Assembly: GCA_003605065.1 (NCBI GenBank)
Contig: QZJM01000070.1
Location: forward strand, 6,382 to 70,381
DNA from: Dethiobacter sp.
GTDB lineage: Bacteria; Bacillota; Dethiobacteria; DTU022; UBA8154
Reading direction: 5' to 3'
Length of the DNA stretch: 64,000 nucleotides
The notes under the pieces: model-generated
What the model was told of the DNA's origin: nothing
The model's input: the letters and a program-made list of their open reading frames with translations, nothing else
Database searches by the model: none
Program-made: the position numbers and the translations under genes
In this document: piece by piece, positions 18,344 to 26,606 of the stretch
Position numbering within the stretch: position 1 is the first letter of the stretch
Layout of the letters: every line of letters starts with the position of its first letter

Positions 18344-18541
18344 GTGCTAAAGGACACTCATTATTTTCTAATTTTATTAATGATTATTATCCTTTTAATG
18401 ACAGTTTTTACTTTTGTCTTAACCTTTTCCTTTTTTCCCCATGAAGAGCCGGCTCCACGGCGCTCCAGACCTGTAAGCGTCCAGGAAGTAAGAGTTTACC
18501 CGGGTGAAGAACTGTCGTTGACTTATAAGTTTCCTGTCTGA
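18344..18541 (+). CDS. Small single-pass membrane protein of unknown function
   Basis: GTG start behind GGGGGAAG; 65 aa with one strongly hydrophobic stretch (FLILLMIIILLMTVFTFVLTFSFF). Confidence 0.6.
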   Translation: MLKDTHYFLILLMIIILLMTVFTFVLTFSFFPHEEPAPRRSRPVSVQEVRVYPGEELSLTYKFPV

Positions 18542-18627
18542 CGATACTGGAGAATAGAAGAATAATAAAAGAGGTAAACTATCATCGGTTAAAAAACTTA
18601 ATCTAAAAGTAAAGGAGAGTAAAAATT

Positions 18628-18831
18628 ATGGGAGTAGCTAAAGTAATCGAATTAATCGGCGAGTCCAATTTAGGATGGGAAGATGCTGTTAAAGATGCGG
18701 TTGAAAGAGCCTCAAAAACTGTGGATAATATCACAGGAATAGAGGTGTTGAATCTTACGGCAAATATAGACAATGGTGAAGTTGTGGAGTACAAGGCCAA
18801 TGTCAAGCTGGCTTTTGGTGTACGGGATTGA
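18628..18831 (+). CDS. Dodecin family flavin-binding protein
   Basis: VAKVIELIGES..GWEDAVKDAV.RASKT..I..EV...G.VVEYKANVKLAF; AAGGAG RBS. Confidence 0.9.
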   Translation: MGVAKVIELIGESNLGWEDAVKDAVERASKTVDNITGIEVLNLTANIDNGEVVEYKANVKLAFGVRD

Positions 18832-18868
18832 AACTTTAATAACAGGAGAAAAAGGAGGGTGTAGACCG

Positions 18869-19351
18869 ATTAGTTCTAAAAAAAAGACCATTAGTTCAAA
18901 AAATAAGTCCAGGGATATTCTCGTAGATTTAAACTGGGTAAAAAACTGGAACCGGCTGAAACAGCCCAAACCCCCTCTTCTAAAAAATATTTTAAGCGCT
19001 TTCTTTTTTGGCGGGATAATTTGCACGCTGGGGCAGGCGATTCTCAACATCTATATTGCCCTGGGCGTTTCAGAACAACAGGCGGGAAATCCCACAGTGG
19101 CAACAGTTATCCTTATAGCAGCAATTATGACAGGGTTCGGAGTTTTTGATGACATTGCCCGTGTGGCCGGGGCGGGAATAGCGGTGCCGGTGACGGGTTT
19201 CGCCAATTCCGTTACTTCTATGGCCATCGAGTTTCGCAGAGAAGGATTGATTCTGGGTACCGGGGCCAAAATGTTTGCCTTGGCAGGCCCTATTATAGTT
19301 TTCGGTGTGGTAACCGCATTTATCATTGGGCTAATTTCCGCGCTGCTTTAG
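18869..19351 (+). CDS. spoVAC: Stage V sporulation protein AC (probable non-canonical ATT start)
   Basis: PKPPLLKN..AFFFGGIICTLGQ, AGAGIAVPVTGFANS, GAKMFALAGPII; no in-frame ATG/GTG/TTG between the AGGAGG RBS (18853-18858) and the conserved core. Confidence 0.9.
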   Translation: MSSKKKTISSKNKSRDILVDLNWVKNWNRLKQPKPPLLKNILSAFFFGGIICTLGQAILNIYIALGVSEQQAGNPTVATVILIAAIMTGFGVFDDIARVAGAGIAVPVTGFANSVTSMAIEFRREGLILGTGAKMFALAGPIIVFGVVTAFIIGLISALL

Positions 19352-19389
19352 AGCGGGATTAGAGAGAGGAAGGGAGATTTAAAGACAAA

Positions 19390-20409
19390 TTGCAGAGTAC
19401 TACTATAGAAAGAAGGATAGGTAAGCAGAGTGTTGTCCTGGAAAAAAATGTTACGCTGGTATCTTCAGCAACTGTCGCCGGCCCCAAAGAAAGTTTGGGG
19501 CCTTTGTCAGCCTTTTTTGACCGTCATCACACCGATAACATCTTAAAAGAAAAAAGCTTTGAGAAAGCTGAATGCCATATGCTGGAGGAAGCCTGTCATT
19601 TAGCACTGGGAAAATCCGGCCTTTCCCCCGGGGATATGGATTATTTTATTGCCGGAGATCTTCTTAACCAGGTTATCAGTGCTTCTTTCTGCGCCAGGGG
19701 ACTGGCCATACCTTACCTGGGCATTTATGGCGCCTGTTCCACCCTGGCCGAAGGCCTATCAGTAGGAGGTATGCTTATTCAAGGCGGGTTTGCCAGGCAT
19801 GTGCTCGTGGCCACATCCAGTCATAACTGTACTGCCGAGAGACAATATCGCTATCCAACGGAATATGGCTACCAGAGGCCTGGATATGCCCAGTGGACCG
19901 TTACAGGAGCAGGCGCAGTTGTGCTGGGCTCAGAAGGGGAAGGGCCGCATCTGGAATCCATAACGACCGGTAAGGTAGTCGATGCCGGCGTCATGGACCC
20001 TTTTGATCTCGGTGTAGCCATGGCGCCGGCCGCTGCTGATACTATTTATAATCATTTTGTAGATTTAGAAAGGGAGCCCTCCTATTACAATCTTATTCTT
20101 ACCGGCGATCTCGGAGGAATGGGAAAAAAATTAAACGAGGATATTTTGGCCGGTAAGGGATTCAATATCGGACCTAATTACACTGATTGCGGAGTTTTAC
20201 TCTATTATCCTCACCAGAAAGTAGATGCCGGGGGCAGTGGCTGTGCCTGTTCAGCCCTGGTTTTCCTGAGCCAATTTTATAAAAAAATGCTGCAAAAAGA
20301 ACTGCGCAGAGTACTGCTTGTGGCAACGGGTGCCCTTCACAGCCCCACTACCTATTTGCAGCAGGAGAGCATTCCTGCTATTGCCCATGCTGTATCCCTG
20401 GAAATTTGA
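19390..20409 (+). CDS. spoVAD: Stage V sporulation protein AD
   Basis: GPKES.GPL, GDLLNQ, YGACST, ERQYRYPTEYG, QWTVTG, MAPAAADT, AGGSGCACS, ATGALHSPT. Confidence 0.96.
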   Translation: MQSTTIERRIGKQSVVLEKNVTLVSSATVAGPKESLGPLSAFFDRHHTDNILKEKSFEKAECHMLEEACHLALGKSGLSPGDMDYFIAGDLLNQVISASFCARGLAIPYLGIYGACSTLAEGLSVGGMLIQGGFARHVLVATSSHNCTAERQYRYPTEYGYQRPGYAQWTVTGAGAVVLGSEGEGPHLESITTGKVVDAGVMDPFDLGVAMAPAAADTIYNHFVDLEREPSYYNLILTGDLGGMGKKLNEDILAGKGFNIGPNYTDCGVLLYYPHQKVDAGGSGCACSALVFLSQFYKKMLQKELRRVLLVATGALHSPTTYLQQESIPAIAHAVSLEI

Positions 20410-20441
20410 ATTTATAAAAAGAATAAAAAGAAGGTGTTTTT

Positions 20442-20795
20442 TTGGGTACTTATTTAACTGCATTTTTGGTGGGTGGGCTGATTTGTGTTATCGGCCAGTT
20501 GTTATTTGACCTGACTCCCTTTACCCCCGGGCATATCTTAACCGGTTTTACCGTAGCAGGAGGCATTTTAGGGGGGCTGGGTCTTTATGACCGTTTGATT
20601 GATTTTGCCGGTGCTGGTGCCTTGCTTCCTATTTCCAGCTTTGGCAATGCCCTGGCCAAAGGTGCCATGGCTGAAGCAGCCCGTACAGGAATCATGGGGG
20701 TTTTAACGGGGATGTTTGAGTTAACTTCCACAGGAATAACCGCTTCCATACTTTTCGGCTTTATTATGGCCATATTTTTTAAACCGAAAGGATAA
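20442..20795 (+). CDS. spoVAE: Stage V sporulation protein AE (SpoVAEb-type)
   Basis: AFLVGGLICVIGQ, TPGHIL, FAGAGA.LPISSFGNAL; TTG start. Confidence 0.92.
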   Translation: MGTYLTAFLVGGLICVIGQLLFDLTPFTPGHILTGFTVAGGILGGLGLYDRLIDFAGAGALLPISSFGNALAKGAMAEAARTGIMGVLTGMFELTSTGITASILFGFIMAIFFKPKG

Positions 20796-20863
20796 AATAG
20801 TATTAAAACTTGTTTCCTCGCTTCACAAGTCACTCCGCCAACAGCAAAACGCTTAAGTCTATA

Positions 20864-20936
20864 GAACAATGGCGGGATCTAAACCCGGTCATTTTAATCC
20901 ATTGTTGTGACCCGTAGAGTCGTGGTGGTTAGATAA
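20864..20936 (+). repeat. Dispersed hairpin element, copy A
   Basis: Starts GAACAATGG, internal CCATTGTT complement, ends CATTGTTGTGACCCGTAGAGTCGTGGTGGTTAGATAA (31/37 identical to 46855-46891). Confidence 0.8.
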
Positions 20937-20956
20937 AAATGAGGTGGCGAAGGTTA

Positions 20957-22441
20957 ATGCCAGTAAAAACAGCACAAAAAACGATAATATTTCCTAAAAT
21001 TGAAGATAATATCGCTTATTTTTCCCGGGAACTGGGCATAGAAATAAGTTTTGATGTTATTTTACGGGAATTTAAAATTGGACGCAAGAAGGCTGCTTTT
21101 ATCTTTTTAGACGGTTTTGCCAATGCTGAGATCATTACACTTATCATGCAGTCCCTCCTGGAGGCAAAGCAGGAAGAGATCGTTCCTAATACCCTGGAAA
21201 AAGTTGCTTCAAAATTATTGCCCTTCGGGGAAATTTCCTTAATAGATAATCTCGAAGAAGCTGTTAAAGAGGTTTTGGCCGGCCCGCTTATTTTTTTTGT
21301 AGATGGTGAGCGCGAAGCTATCTCCATAGATACCAGGCAATATCCGTCACGGCAGCCCGAAGAGGCTGATATTGAAAAGGTAACCCGTGGTTCCAGGGAT
21401 GGGTTTGTGGAAACTTTAATTTTCAACGTTAGTTTGATCAGGAGAAGGATAAAGGATCCAAGATTAAGAACAGAAAGTATTCAACTGGGGCGTCGTTCTT
21501 TAACGGAAATAGTCCTGTTATACATTGAAGATATTGTCAATCCAGAAATCCTGGAGAAAATAAGGGATAAGCTCTTAAAGATTGATGTTGACGGTTTGCC
21601 CATGGCCGAAAAATCAGTAGAGGAATTTTTAACAGAAGATTTCTGGAACCCTTTCCCGAAAGTCCGCTATACGGAAAGGCCGGATGTGGCTGCCGTACAT
21701 CTCTTAGAAGGGCATGTGTGCATTATCGTGGACACATCTCCATCCGTTATGATTGCCCCGGTAACACTTTTCCATCACATCCAGCACGCCGAGGAGTTTC
21801 GTCAAAATCCTATCGTAGGGGTTTATATCCGCTGGGTTCGTTTACTGGGGGTTTTCATTTCAGTATTTTTGGTTCCTATCTGGCTTTTGGCAGCGGAATA
21901 CAGGGCTTTACTACCCGAGGGCCTCCAATTTATTGGTCCGAGAGAATCGCCCACCATCCCTCTTTTTATACAATTTATCCTGGCCAATCTGGGTCTTGAT
22001 TTACTGCGAATGGCCAGTATCCATACACCTTCGCCTCTTGCTACGGCGCTGGGTCTTGTGGGGGCGTTATTAATCGGTGATATTGCCGTTACTGTCGGTT
22101 TTTTCGTCCCGGAGGTATTACTGTATATAAGTCTTGTAGCCATAGGTATCTTCTCTACGCCAAGCTGGGAACTGAGCCTTGCTAACAGGCTGGCCCATTT
22201 TTTTCTGCTGATAACTACGGGATTGTTTACAATTTATGGATTTTTGGCAGGGTTTTTACTTATATTTATCAGGCTGGCAACGACCCGTTCCTTTGGAATT
22301 CCCTACTTATGGCCTTTACTTCCCTTTAATGGGCCCGCTTTGCTTAATGTGCTGTTAAGAAAACCTGTTCCTATAAAAGGATTTAGGCCATCCTTTTTAA
22401 AAACGCGTGATTCTGATACTGCACCGCCCGGTGAAGTATAA
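20957..22441 (+). CDS. spoVAF: Stage V sporulation protein AF (GerA family)
   Basis: EPEEADIEKVTRGSRDGFVETL, NPFPKVRYTERPD, LLEGH..IIVDTSP, HAEEFRQ, SFGIPYLWP; ATG 20957 behind GAGGTG. Confidence 0.92.
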   Translation: MPVKTAQKTIIFPKIEDNIAYFSRELGIEISFDVILREFKIGRKKAAFIFLDGFANAEIITLIMQSLLEAKQEEIVPNTLEKVASKLLPFGEISLIDNLEEAVKEVLAGPLIFFVDGEREAISIDTRQYPSRQPEEADIEKVTRGSRDGFVETLIFNVSLIRRRIKDPRLRTESIQLGRRSLTEIVLLYIEDIVNPEILEKIRDKLLKIDVDGLPMAEKSVEEFLTEDFWNPFPKVRYTERPDVAAVHLLEGHVCIIVDTSPSVMIAPVTLFHHIQHAEEFRQNPIVGVYIRWVRLLGVFISVFLVPIWLLAAEYRALLPEGLQFIGPRESPTIPLFIQFILANLGLDLLRMASIHTPSPLATALGLVGALLIGDIAVTVGFFVPEVLLYISLVAIGIFSTPSWELSLANRLAHFFLLITTGLFTIYGFLAGFLLIFIRLATTRSFGIPYLWPLLPFNGPALLNVLLRKPVPIKGFRPSFLKTRDSDTAPPGEV

Positions 22442-22444
22442 AAA

Positions 22445-23512
22445 ATGGAGGAAATGAAGATGAGAATAAAAATCGGTATACCGCGAGCTCTTTTATATTA
22501 CGATTATTTTTTGCTCTGGAGTACTTTCTTAGAGCGTCTGGGTACAGAAATAGTCCTTTCACAAAAAACAAACAAGGAGATCGTTTACAACGGTATTAAA
22601 TCAGCGATAGAGGAGACATGCCTGCCTGTTAAGGTCTTTCTGGGTCACGTTCAAGATTTGGCCCGGAAAAAAGTTGATTATATTTTTATCCCGCGCTATA
22701 TCAGCGTTGAGCCCCGCAGGTTTTTATGTCCTAAATTTATGGGTTTACCGTATATGATTAAGCATTTATTGCCGGGAATTCCCCCGGTATTGAATGTTGA
22801 GGTTGACCTGCGGAAACGCGAAAGGCAACTGCCCGTGGAAATGTACAGGTTGGGAAAACTCTTTACTTTTAACCCCTGGAAAATCCGCCTGGCATACAAA
22901 TTGGCACAGGAAAATCAAAAGAGTTTTAAAAAAAATATTCTGCAGGGCTTTTTGCCGGAGAATGTTTATTTTAACGAAACGGAAAAAAATAAAGCTTTAA
23001 AAAGGACCGTTTTAAAAAACAATCAGCACAAAAATGTTTTAAGAATAGGGTTGATCGGGCACAGCTATAATCTTTACGATGAATACGTTAACATGAATAT
23101 TCTGAACAAATTGCAGGAAATGGGAGTGGAAATCATAACCAGCAAAATGTTCTCGGAGGCAGAGATAAACAGTGGTTTAAAAAGACTCCGGAAGGATATT
23201 TTTTGGACTTTCGGCAAAGAAACCATTGGTTCGGCCTTCTACCTCCTGGAGGAGAGAATAACCCACGGCATTATTCTGATCGTTTCCTTTGCCTGTGGTC
23301 CTGATTCCATAATTATGGATCTGATTGACAGGGCCTATAAAAGAGCAGGGGTACCCTGTTTAACCCTGGTGCTGGATGAACATTCCGCAGAAGGGGGAGT
23401 TATTACCAGGCTGGAAGCGTTTATAGAGATGTTAAAATGGAAGGAGCAAAAAAATGAAAGTTACTTTTCCCCACATGGGCAACCTGTGGATTGCCCTGAA
23501 AGCCCTTTTTGA
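22445..23512 (+). CDS. Acyl-CoA dehydratase activase-related protein (DUF2229-like)
   Basis: IGIPRALLYY, EETCLPVKVFLGH, FLCPKFMGLP, GLIGHSYN, FACGPDS, LDEHSAEGGVITRLEAF. Confidence 0.8.
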   Translation: MEEMKMRIKIGIPRALLYYDYFLLWSTFLERLGTEIVLSQKTNKEIVYNGIKSAIEETCLPVKVFLGHVQDLARKKVDYIFIPRYISVEPRRFLCPKFMGLPYMIKHLLPGIPPVLNVEVDLRKRERQLPVEMYRLGKLFTFNPWKIRLAYKLAQENQKSFKKNILQGFLPENVYFNETEKNKALKRTVLKNNQHKNVLRIGLIGHSYNLYDEYVNMNILNKLQEMGVEIITSKMFSEAEINSGLKRLRKDIFWTFGKETIGSAFYLLEERITHGIILIVSFACGPDSIIMDLIDRAYKRAGVPCLTLVLDEHSAEGGVITRLEAFIEMLKWKEQKNESYFSPHGQPVDCPESPF

Positions 23513-24539
23513 AAAACTGGGGCATGAGGTAATACCTCCTCCGCCGGTGACCAGGAAAACAATTGAGCTTGGCGCGCGCTATGCCCCTGAATTCGCCTGC
23601 CTGCCGTTAAAGGTAAATGTAGGGAATTTCATTGAGGGTCTGGAAGAGGGAGCGGAAACAATTGTTATGCTGGGAGGTTCCGGTCCCTGTCGTTTTGGAT
23701 ACTATGCCCAGGTAGAAAGGGAAATTTTAAAAGACCTGGGGTATTTATTTGATATAATTATCGTGGATCCTCCCATGGGTGACTGGACCAGATTTCTACA
23801 GGACCTGCAACCCCTGGGAAACGGGTGCCGAGGGAGAGAAGTATGGAATGCCCTTACTCTGGTCTGGGAGATAATAAAGGCTCTTGACCATCTCCACCGT
23901 ATGCTTTTAAAGGTACAAATTTATAACCACCGTGGTGCCTGGAAATGTTATGAGAAGGCTGTAAAAGCAATAACCGAGGTTGGCGATAAAAAGCTGCTGC
24001 AAAGAGTGACCTCGGAGAGCATAAGGGAACTGGCACTGTTCTCAGAAGTTCAAAACAGTACATTGGCACCTCTTAAAATAGCCATCGTCGGTGAGGTCTT
24101 TATGATGTGGGAGCCCTATGTAAATCTCGATCTGGAAAAAACCCTGGGAGGCATGGGGGTGGAAGTAATCAGGAGTGCTTATCCTTCCGATTGGATTTGT
24201 GAAAACGTTCTTTTTAATCCACGTCATATGCTCAGGCGATTAATATTTAAAAAAGCCGCCAGGCCATATCTTAATTGCTTCGTTGGCGGGCACGGCTGGG
24301 AATCTGTGGGTAAGAGCGTCCTGTATGCCAGGAAAAAAATAGATGGAGTTATCCATGTGCTGCCTTTTACGTGCATGCCCGAGATTGTAGCACAAAGCAT
24401 TCTTCCTTCTGTAAGCAGGGATTATAAGCTGCCGGTGTTGACCCTTTCCTTAGACGAACACTCCGCTCAGGCCGGTTTACTAACCAGGATAGAAGCATTT
24501 GTAGATCTGATCCGGGAAAAGAAACAAGTGACGGCATGA
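23454..24539 (+). CDS. 2-hydroxyacyl-CoA dehydratase D-component-like protein
   Basis: MKVTFPHMGN, PEFACLPLK, GPCRFGYY, IVGEVF, VGGHGWESVG, LPFTCMPE, DEHSAQAGLLTRIEAF. Confidence 0.8.
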   Translation: MKVTFPHMGNLWIALKALFEKLGHEVIPPPPVTRKTIELGARYAPEFACLPLKVNVGNFIEGLEEGAETIVMLGGSGPCRFGYYAQVEREILKDLGYLFDIIIVDPPMGDWTRFLQDLQPLGNGCRGREVWNALTLVWEIIKALDHLHRMLLKVQIYNHRGAWKCYEKAVKAITEVGDKKLLQRVTSESIRELALFSEVQNSTLAPLKIAIVGEVFMMWEPYVNLDLEKTLGGMGVEVIRSAYPSDWICENVLFNPRHMLRRLIFKKAARPYLNCFVGGHGWESVGKSVLYARKKIDGVIHVLPFTCMPEIVAQSILPSVSRDYKLPVLTLSLDEHSAQAGLLTRIEAFVDLIREKKQVTA

Positions 24540-24622
24540 TTATTTGCCTTTTATTTATCTTTTGTTATTGCTATTTTATGGTATAATCAAATGAAGAAAT
24601 AATCTTTGAAGGATTTTTCATA

Positions 24623-25921
24623 ATGAATAACCTTACTCCACTGATAAATACCGCTCTTTCCAAGGAACTCCATGCCCTGATTTATCATTTGGGGTACTGT
24701 TCCCAGCAGGGGTCATTCAAAACATACGCTGTGGGCGGTTTTGTCAGGGATCTGCTCCTGGGCCGGGAAAACCGTGATCTGGACCTGGTTGTGGAAGGTT
24801 CCGCCGTGGATTTTGCTAAAAGTTTGCTGAAAATCCTGCCAGGACGCTTACGATGTTATGAAAGATTTGGAACCGCTACCCTGGTGCTTTCAAAAGGAAT
24901 AGTTTTTGATATGGTTACAGCCAGAAAGGAATTTTACGCTGCCCCGGGGGCCCTGCCATCCGTAGAGCAGTCAACATTAAAAAATGATCTTTTCCGCAGG
25001 GATTTTACCATCAATACCATGGCTTGCGCTCTTAATACCGAGACGTTTGGCAGGCTTTACGATTTTTTCGGGGGCAGAAAAGACTTAGAAAAAGGTATCA
25101 TAAGGGTGCTGTACAAGCTCAGCTTTGTGGACGACCCCCTTCGTATCATCCGTGCCATACGCTTTGAACAAAGGTTTGATTTCGTGATAGAGGAAGATTC
25201 TCTGGCGATGCTCACCAGGGCCATAAACAACCGGCTCTGGGAAAAAGTAAGCAAAGAAAGGCTTTATAACGAGGTCAGGTTGATTTTCAGGGAGCCAGAG
25301 CCTTCCAAGGTTTTAACACGCTTAGATGAGTTAAACCTGTTCCATGAAATATTTCCCCGTTTGGTTTTCAACCAGCAAATAAAAAGCAGGTTGCAGCGGC
25401 TGGAGCGGGTTTTAACGGAGATTAGCCTGAATAAACTTCCCAAAAACTGGAATTATTTAGTCCTTTATCTTTCTGCTCTTTTTTATGAACTGACAGAGCA
25501 CGATTTCAAATTCCTCTGTCATCTAATGCGCCTTAAAAGAGAAGAGCGATTAAATATGCTCTCCATACGGGAAAAGATCCCGTTTATACTGTTGCAGTTG
25601 AAGACGTCTGATCTGAGCTCGTCGCGGCTTTATCATTTTCTTGAAGGTTTGCCGGAAGAAGGCCTGCTCTTAATCATGGCTCTTGCCCCGGAACCTCATG
25701 TCCAAAAACATGTCCTGTTTTATTGGGACTATCTCGTCAAAAAAACGCCTTCCATAACAGGAAAAGATCTTTTGGAAGCCGGTATTAAACCGGGACCTGT
25801 TTTTAATCGAATTTTGAAGAAACTGCATGAGGCTGTCCTGGATGAAAAAATAAGCGGGAAGGAAGAAGAACTTGGATTTTTACATTTTTTAATTAATAAT
25901 GAAATATATGCAGAGGAATAA
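24623..25921 (+). CDS. Class II tRNA nucleotidyltransferase (CCA- or A-adding, Thermotoga/Aquifex type) lacking the N-terminal DHH/CBS half
   Basis: VGGFVRDLLL, DLDLVV, FGTA, TARKEFY..PGALP.V, DLFRRDFTIN, DDPLRIIRAIRF, C-terminal G.KPGP. Confidence 0.85.
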   Translation: MNNLTPLINTALSKELHALIYHLGYCSQQGSFKTYAVGGFVRDLLLGRENRDLDLVVEGSAVDFAKSLLKILPGRLRCYERFGTATLVLSKGIVFDMVTARKEFYAAPGALPSVEQSTLKNDLFRRDFTINTMACALNTETFGRLYDFFGGRKDLEKGIIRVLYKLSFVDDPLRIIRAIRFEQRFDFVIEEDSLAMLTRAINNRLWEKVSKERLYNEVRLIFREPEPSKVLTRLDELNLFHEIFPRLVFNQQIKSRLQRLERVLTEISLNKLPKNWNYLVLYLSALFYELTEHDFKFLCHLMRLKREERLNMLSIREKIPFILLQLKTSDLSSSRLYHFLEGLPEEGLLLIMALAPEPHVQKHVLFYWDYLVKKTPSITGKDLLEAGIKPGPVFNRILKKLHEAVLDEKISGKEEELGFLHFLINNEIYAEE

Positions 25922-25936
25922 GGAAGGAGGGAAATA

Positions 25937-26560
25937 ATGCCATTTTTTCCCGAAAATTTGCTGGTACGTATACCCGCTTTACTAATAGCCATATCTTTTC
26001 ATGAATATGCCCATGCCAGGATGGCTTACGCCTGGGGTGACCCTACGGCGAAATACCAAGGCAGGTTAACTTTAAATCCCCTGGCCCACCTAGATCCCAT
26101 CGGCCTGCTCATGCTGTTGATAATTCGCTTCGGGTGGGCTCGGCCCGTTCCCATTAATCCTTTCAATTTCCGGGACCAGAGGAAAGGTCTTTTCTGGGTT
26201 TCCCTGGCCGGACCAGGAATGAATTTACTTATAGGTCTTGTTTCCGCCTTTCTATTCTTTCTTTTAAGAGGTTATGGCCCCTTGGTTAGTGCTATTCTGG
26301 AAAATTTAGTTATTTACAATGTCTTTCTAGCCGTTTTTAATATCATTCCCTTACCGCCTCTGGATGGTTCCAAGATACTCTCTTCTCTCCTGCCAGGGCG
26401 GTACCTGCATTTTTATCGTGCTGTAGAGCCCTATGGTCCCTTTTTACTGATTATACTGCTGGTTTTTGGCCTGCTGCCGCTCTTCTTAATTCCTATTTCC
26501 TATGTTATTATCGACTTGTACAGGAGTTTGGTACTGTTGTTTGTAAACATCAGTTTTTAA
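25937..26560 (+). CDS. Site-2 protease (peptidase M50)
   Basis: HEYAH zinc motif, GDPTAK.QGRLTLNPLAH, AGP, FNIIPLPPLDG. Confidence 0.92.
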   Translation: MPFFPENLLVRIPALLIAISFHEYAHARMAYAWGDPTAKYQGRLTLNPLAHLDPIGLLMLLIIRFGWARPVPINPFNFRDQRKGLFWVSLAGPGMNLLIGLVSAFLFFLLRGYGPLVSAILENLVIYNVFLAVFNIIPLPPLDGSKILSSLLPGRYLHFYRAVEPYGPFLLIILLVFGLLPLFLIPISYVIIDLYRSLVLLFVNISF

Positions 26561-26606
26561 AGAGAGAGGAAATATTTAATTTAATGCTTGAAGGGGTTGA
26601 TGTTAC

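Noticed and set aside
20843-20890. GCAAAAC...GTCTA resemblance to a c-di-GMP-I riboswitch
   Set aside because: No upstream P2 stem with GNRA tetraloop; spacing does not fit
26561-26606. T-box leader expected before trpS
   Set aside because: Only 46 nt available and no T-box sequence
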